Part shown: positions 63,966-64,000 of the stretch, in pieces
How positions within the stretch are numbered: the stretch's first letter is position 1
How the letters are laid out: every line of letters starts with the position of its first letter
Origin: Lachnospira sp. UBA4346
GTDB lineage: Bacteria; Bacillota; Clostridia; Lachnospirales; Lachnospiraceae
DNA length: 64,000 nt
Assembly: GCA_002394205.1 (NCBI GenBank)
Contig: DGTC01000027.1
Coordinates: 1,295 to 65,294 of the forward strand
Direction: 5' to 3'
Program-made: the position numbers and the translations under genes
Notes under the pieces: model-generated
Told to the model about the DNA's origin: nothing
Database searches by the model: none
Seen by the model: only the letters and a program-made list of their open reading frames with translations

Positions 63966-64000
63966 TTAATACAACGCCGTTTTTAATGTATCTAAATTTG
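63966..64000 (-). CDS. 3' end of a probable metal ABC substrate-binding protein (partial)
   Basis: Translates to ...NLDTLKTALY*, which resembles ZnuA-type C-termini, directly upstream of the ATPase. Confidence 0.5.
   Translation of the reverse strand, partial: NLDTLKTALY

Overview
A low-GC Firmicute chromosomal window, probably Lachnospiraceae/Clostridiales judging from gene content and order. Most genes are on the minus strand. 1-9.3 kb holds four unusual genes: a ParB-like/BMP fusion, a DUF4422-like glycosyltransferase, a 989-aa zinc-finger protein, and a degenerate GlgB fused to an intact GH13 hydrolase. 9.4-13.8 kb is an accessory hotspot. It has an Rpn/YhgA-like PD-(D/E)XK nuclease with an internal RBS and ATG for a 60-aa C-terminal product, bracketed by a ~206-bp palindrome and a 56-bp direct copy of its end. 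It also has a truncated signal-peptide ORF, an LRR/Tyr-repeat surface protein and a deleted remnant of a second Rpn. The rest is mostly housekeeping: hisZGDBI, RNase E/G, recU, RNA modification enzymes, coaD/rsmD/gpsA/plsY/der and rny-recX-recA-pgsA-rimO. Then come an FNT/Phd-fusion/YdjM cluster, an amino acid symporter, LytS/LytTR-cstA, a rhamnose/rhamnogalacturonan locus (rhaBAD, rhaM, AraC, TRAP, GH105) and a Zn/Mn ABC transporter. I saw no rRNA, tRNA or CRISPR array. All family calls come from motif recognition by eye, not database searches.
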